From: an uncultured Planctomycetota bacterium
GTDB lineage: Bacteria > Planctomycetota > Planctomycetia > Isosphaerales > Isosphaeraceae
Assembly: GCA_963823665.1 (NCBI GenBank)
Contig: CAWGMQ010000005.1
Location: 1,632,001 to 1,696,000 of the forward strand
Direction of reading: 5' to 3'
Length of the DNA: 64,000 bases
The notes under the pieces were generated by a model. It was given only the letters and a program-made list of their open reading frames with translations. It made no database searches and had not been told where the DNA came from. Positions 63,734-64,000 of the stretch are shown here, one piece after another. Both the position numbers and the translations under genes were made by a program. Positions within the stretch are counted from its first letter, which is position 1, and each line of letters starts with the position of its first letter.

Positions 63734-64000
63734 ATCTGGGCTCGATTGATCGACTTGCTTGTTCTCGGATTGCCGATGCTCGTTTCGGCGGATCACGCGG
63801 AGTCACTGTCGCGACATTTGCTGCCCTCGTCAGCTCTGGTCATTTCAAGCCTATGTGGCAACCGTTGAACCTCACCACGACCCGTGTCGCCCTCGACTTT
63901 TCCTCGTCATTCGGGAGTCATTTCCAGGCGACCCGGCTCAACGCTGACTCGGAGCGGCTGACGAATGCAATTGAGCTGATTGATTGGTCCGACGATCCCA

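Overview
High-GC bacterial DNA that looks planctomycete (probably Isosphaeraceae-like), inferred from DUF1559 prepilin-type, DUF1501 and ECF-sigma/TIGR03067-type genes and a long Pro-rich BamA. The window has three parts. (1) A core left edge with a membrane protein and bamA. (2) An accessory region of about 34 kb (about 4,000-38,000). It holds a primase/helicase-like ATPase with iteron-like repeats, REP-like palindromes, a frameshifted IS110, an integrase fragment cut by a 278-bp IS21-type miniature element, two group II intron remnants and several toxin-antitoxin modules or relics. It also holds a 4,408-bp IS21 element with a 6-bp target duplication that carries a double zinc-finger ORF and a ParB-like gene and splits a HEPN-motif gene, plus an HUH (Y1/RAYT-like) transposase between terminal inverted repeats with further same-orientation copies of that end nearby. 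(3) A mostly ordinary right half: DUF1501, TolB-like, cupin, esterase, ceramidase-like, sirtuin, HtrA, GGT, CnoX-like, LRR, a two-component pair, a glycoside hydrolase, DUF1559, argH and small ORFs. The best candidates for unusual biology are the ZnF-ParB-IstAB transposon, the HTH/ubiquitin-like/antitoxin fusion paired with a PIN toxin, and the TIR-bounded HUH element with its array of orphan ends. Many single-base frameshifts, including one in essential bamA, look like sequencing errors. All family calls come from motif recognition only; no database searches were run.
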